50,800 nt of DNA from Folioceros fuciformis (Eukaryota). The notes beneath the pieces are model-generated. The model made no database searches, was not told where the DNA came from, and saw nothing but the letters and a program-made list of their open reading frames with translations. This document shows positions 49,936-50,800 of this stretch, in pieces (the first letter of the stretch is position 1; each line of letters starts with the position of its first letter). The stretch covers positions 1 through 50,800 of the forward strand of contig JBNGIO010005748.1 in the NCBI GenBank assembly GCA_049999805.1. The letters run 5' to 3'. The position numbers were made by a program, and so were the translations under genes.

Positions 49936-50800
49936 TAGGGCTCAACCAAAGGAAAAAGCAAGCCCACACACCCACCAAGGAAGAAATAAGTGCTAAAGTA
50001 GTCAACTAAAGTAATTAACCACAAAATACACAAGATAGGGAAAATATAGATAGGAAAGATAGGATGAGGCCAAAGGAAAAAGCCAACTCACACATCCATC
50101 ATGGAACTAGCAAATACTTGAACCCTCCAAGAGAGTAAAACATATGCTTGCTAGTGTGCTCATGTCCCAAGTTGCAACTAGTGCAAGATGGCCAGCTCGT
50201 AGCTTCAACGAAGCCATTCCACATGTAGTAGTTAGGGAGGGTGGTGCATAGTATTTTGCTCAATACTGCATTGATATCAATCTAGCATGCATGGACTCTT
50301 CCAAAACCATTCTCAATACTTGAGTGGAAAGTATATTTAACATGGTATTTTGTTGCAATTCGAGGGCTTGGAGTTTGCTACCAAAAGTTTGTACATGAGA
50401 AATTGAAAACAATGAAAAAAGACTTTGATGCATAGCCTTGCATACTTTGAGAGTTAATAACCTTCTTAAATTCGCCACCTTCTTACCTCCTCTTCCCCCT
50501 TTCTTCCTCCACTCCTCATTCAAAAGAGCTTTAGAGTAGATCTTTAGCCAAAACAACAAAATTTCCTTATTAATTTCGGAAATTCGAGTACTAACTTATT
50601 TGCTATCAAGAAGCTTCAATCAACTACTTAGGTCATTGCCTTCAAAAGTTGTTGGTAGTAACCCACATGGGACATATTGAAAATGTGGTGACAAAAGGAA
50701 AGCGTTATGGGCATAGGAGCTTTGGAGACGTTAAGCACATATAAAAATCTTGAAGATAAGTTGACTTGAAAACCTTGGAACTAGGTAGGTATGTGAGACA

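Overview
Eukaryotic, gene-dense land-plant nuclear DNA with short GT-AG introns and three N gaps. A hornwort (Anthoceros-like) source is inferred from the compact introns plus a DYW:KP-type PPR gene, but is not proven. In order along the window: an O-fucosyltransferase pseudogene, a strictosidine-synthase-like gene, a non-canonical (type-B-like) BES1/BZR1 transcription factor with about 5.8 kb of repeat-rich upstream DNA, a chloroplast S1-domain RNA-binding protein (SDP-like), 20S proteasome beta5, a PLS-PPR-DYW:KP protein, RPS25, an At1g32730/PSA1-like zinc-finger protein, an intronless SnRK1 beta-gamma subunit, DEAD-box helicase RH28/DDX27, an AT-rich island with two atypical Gnk2/DUF26 genes, CRR42 and HDA9. 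The best leads are: (1) a tandemly duplicated, probably mutually exclusive exon in HDA9 that remodels the active-site L2 loop; (2) a candidate U-to-C RNA-editing factor; (3) a putative miR319 site in the BZR coding sequence; (4) the C-X12-C-X2-C Gnk2 pair; (5) the intronless KINbetagamma. Gene models were spliced by eye and family assignments come from recalled motifs; no database search was run.
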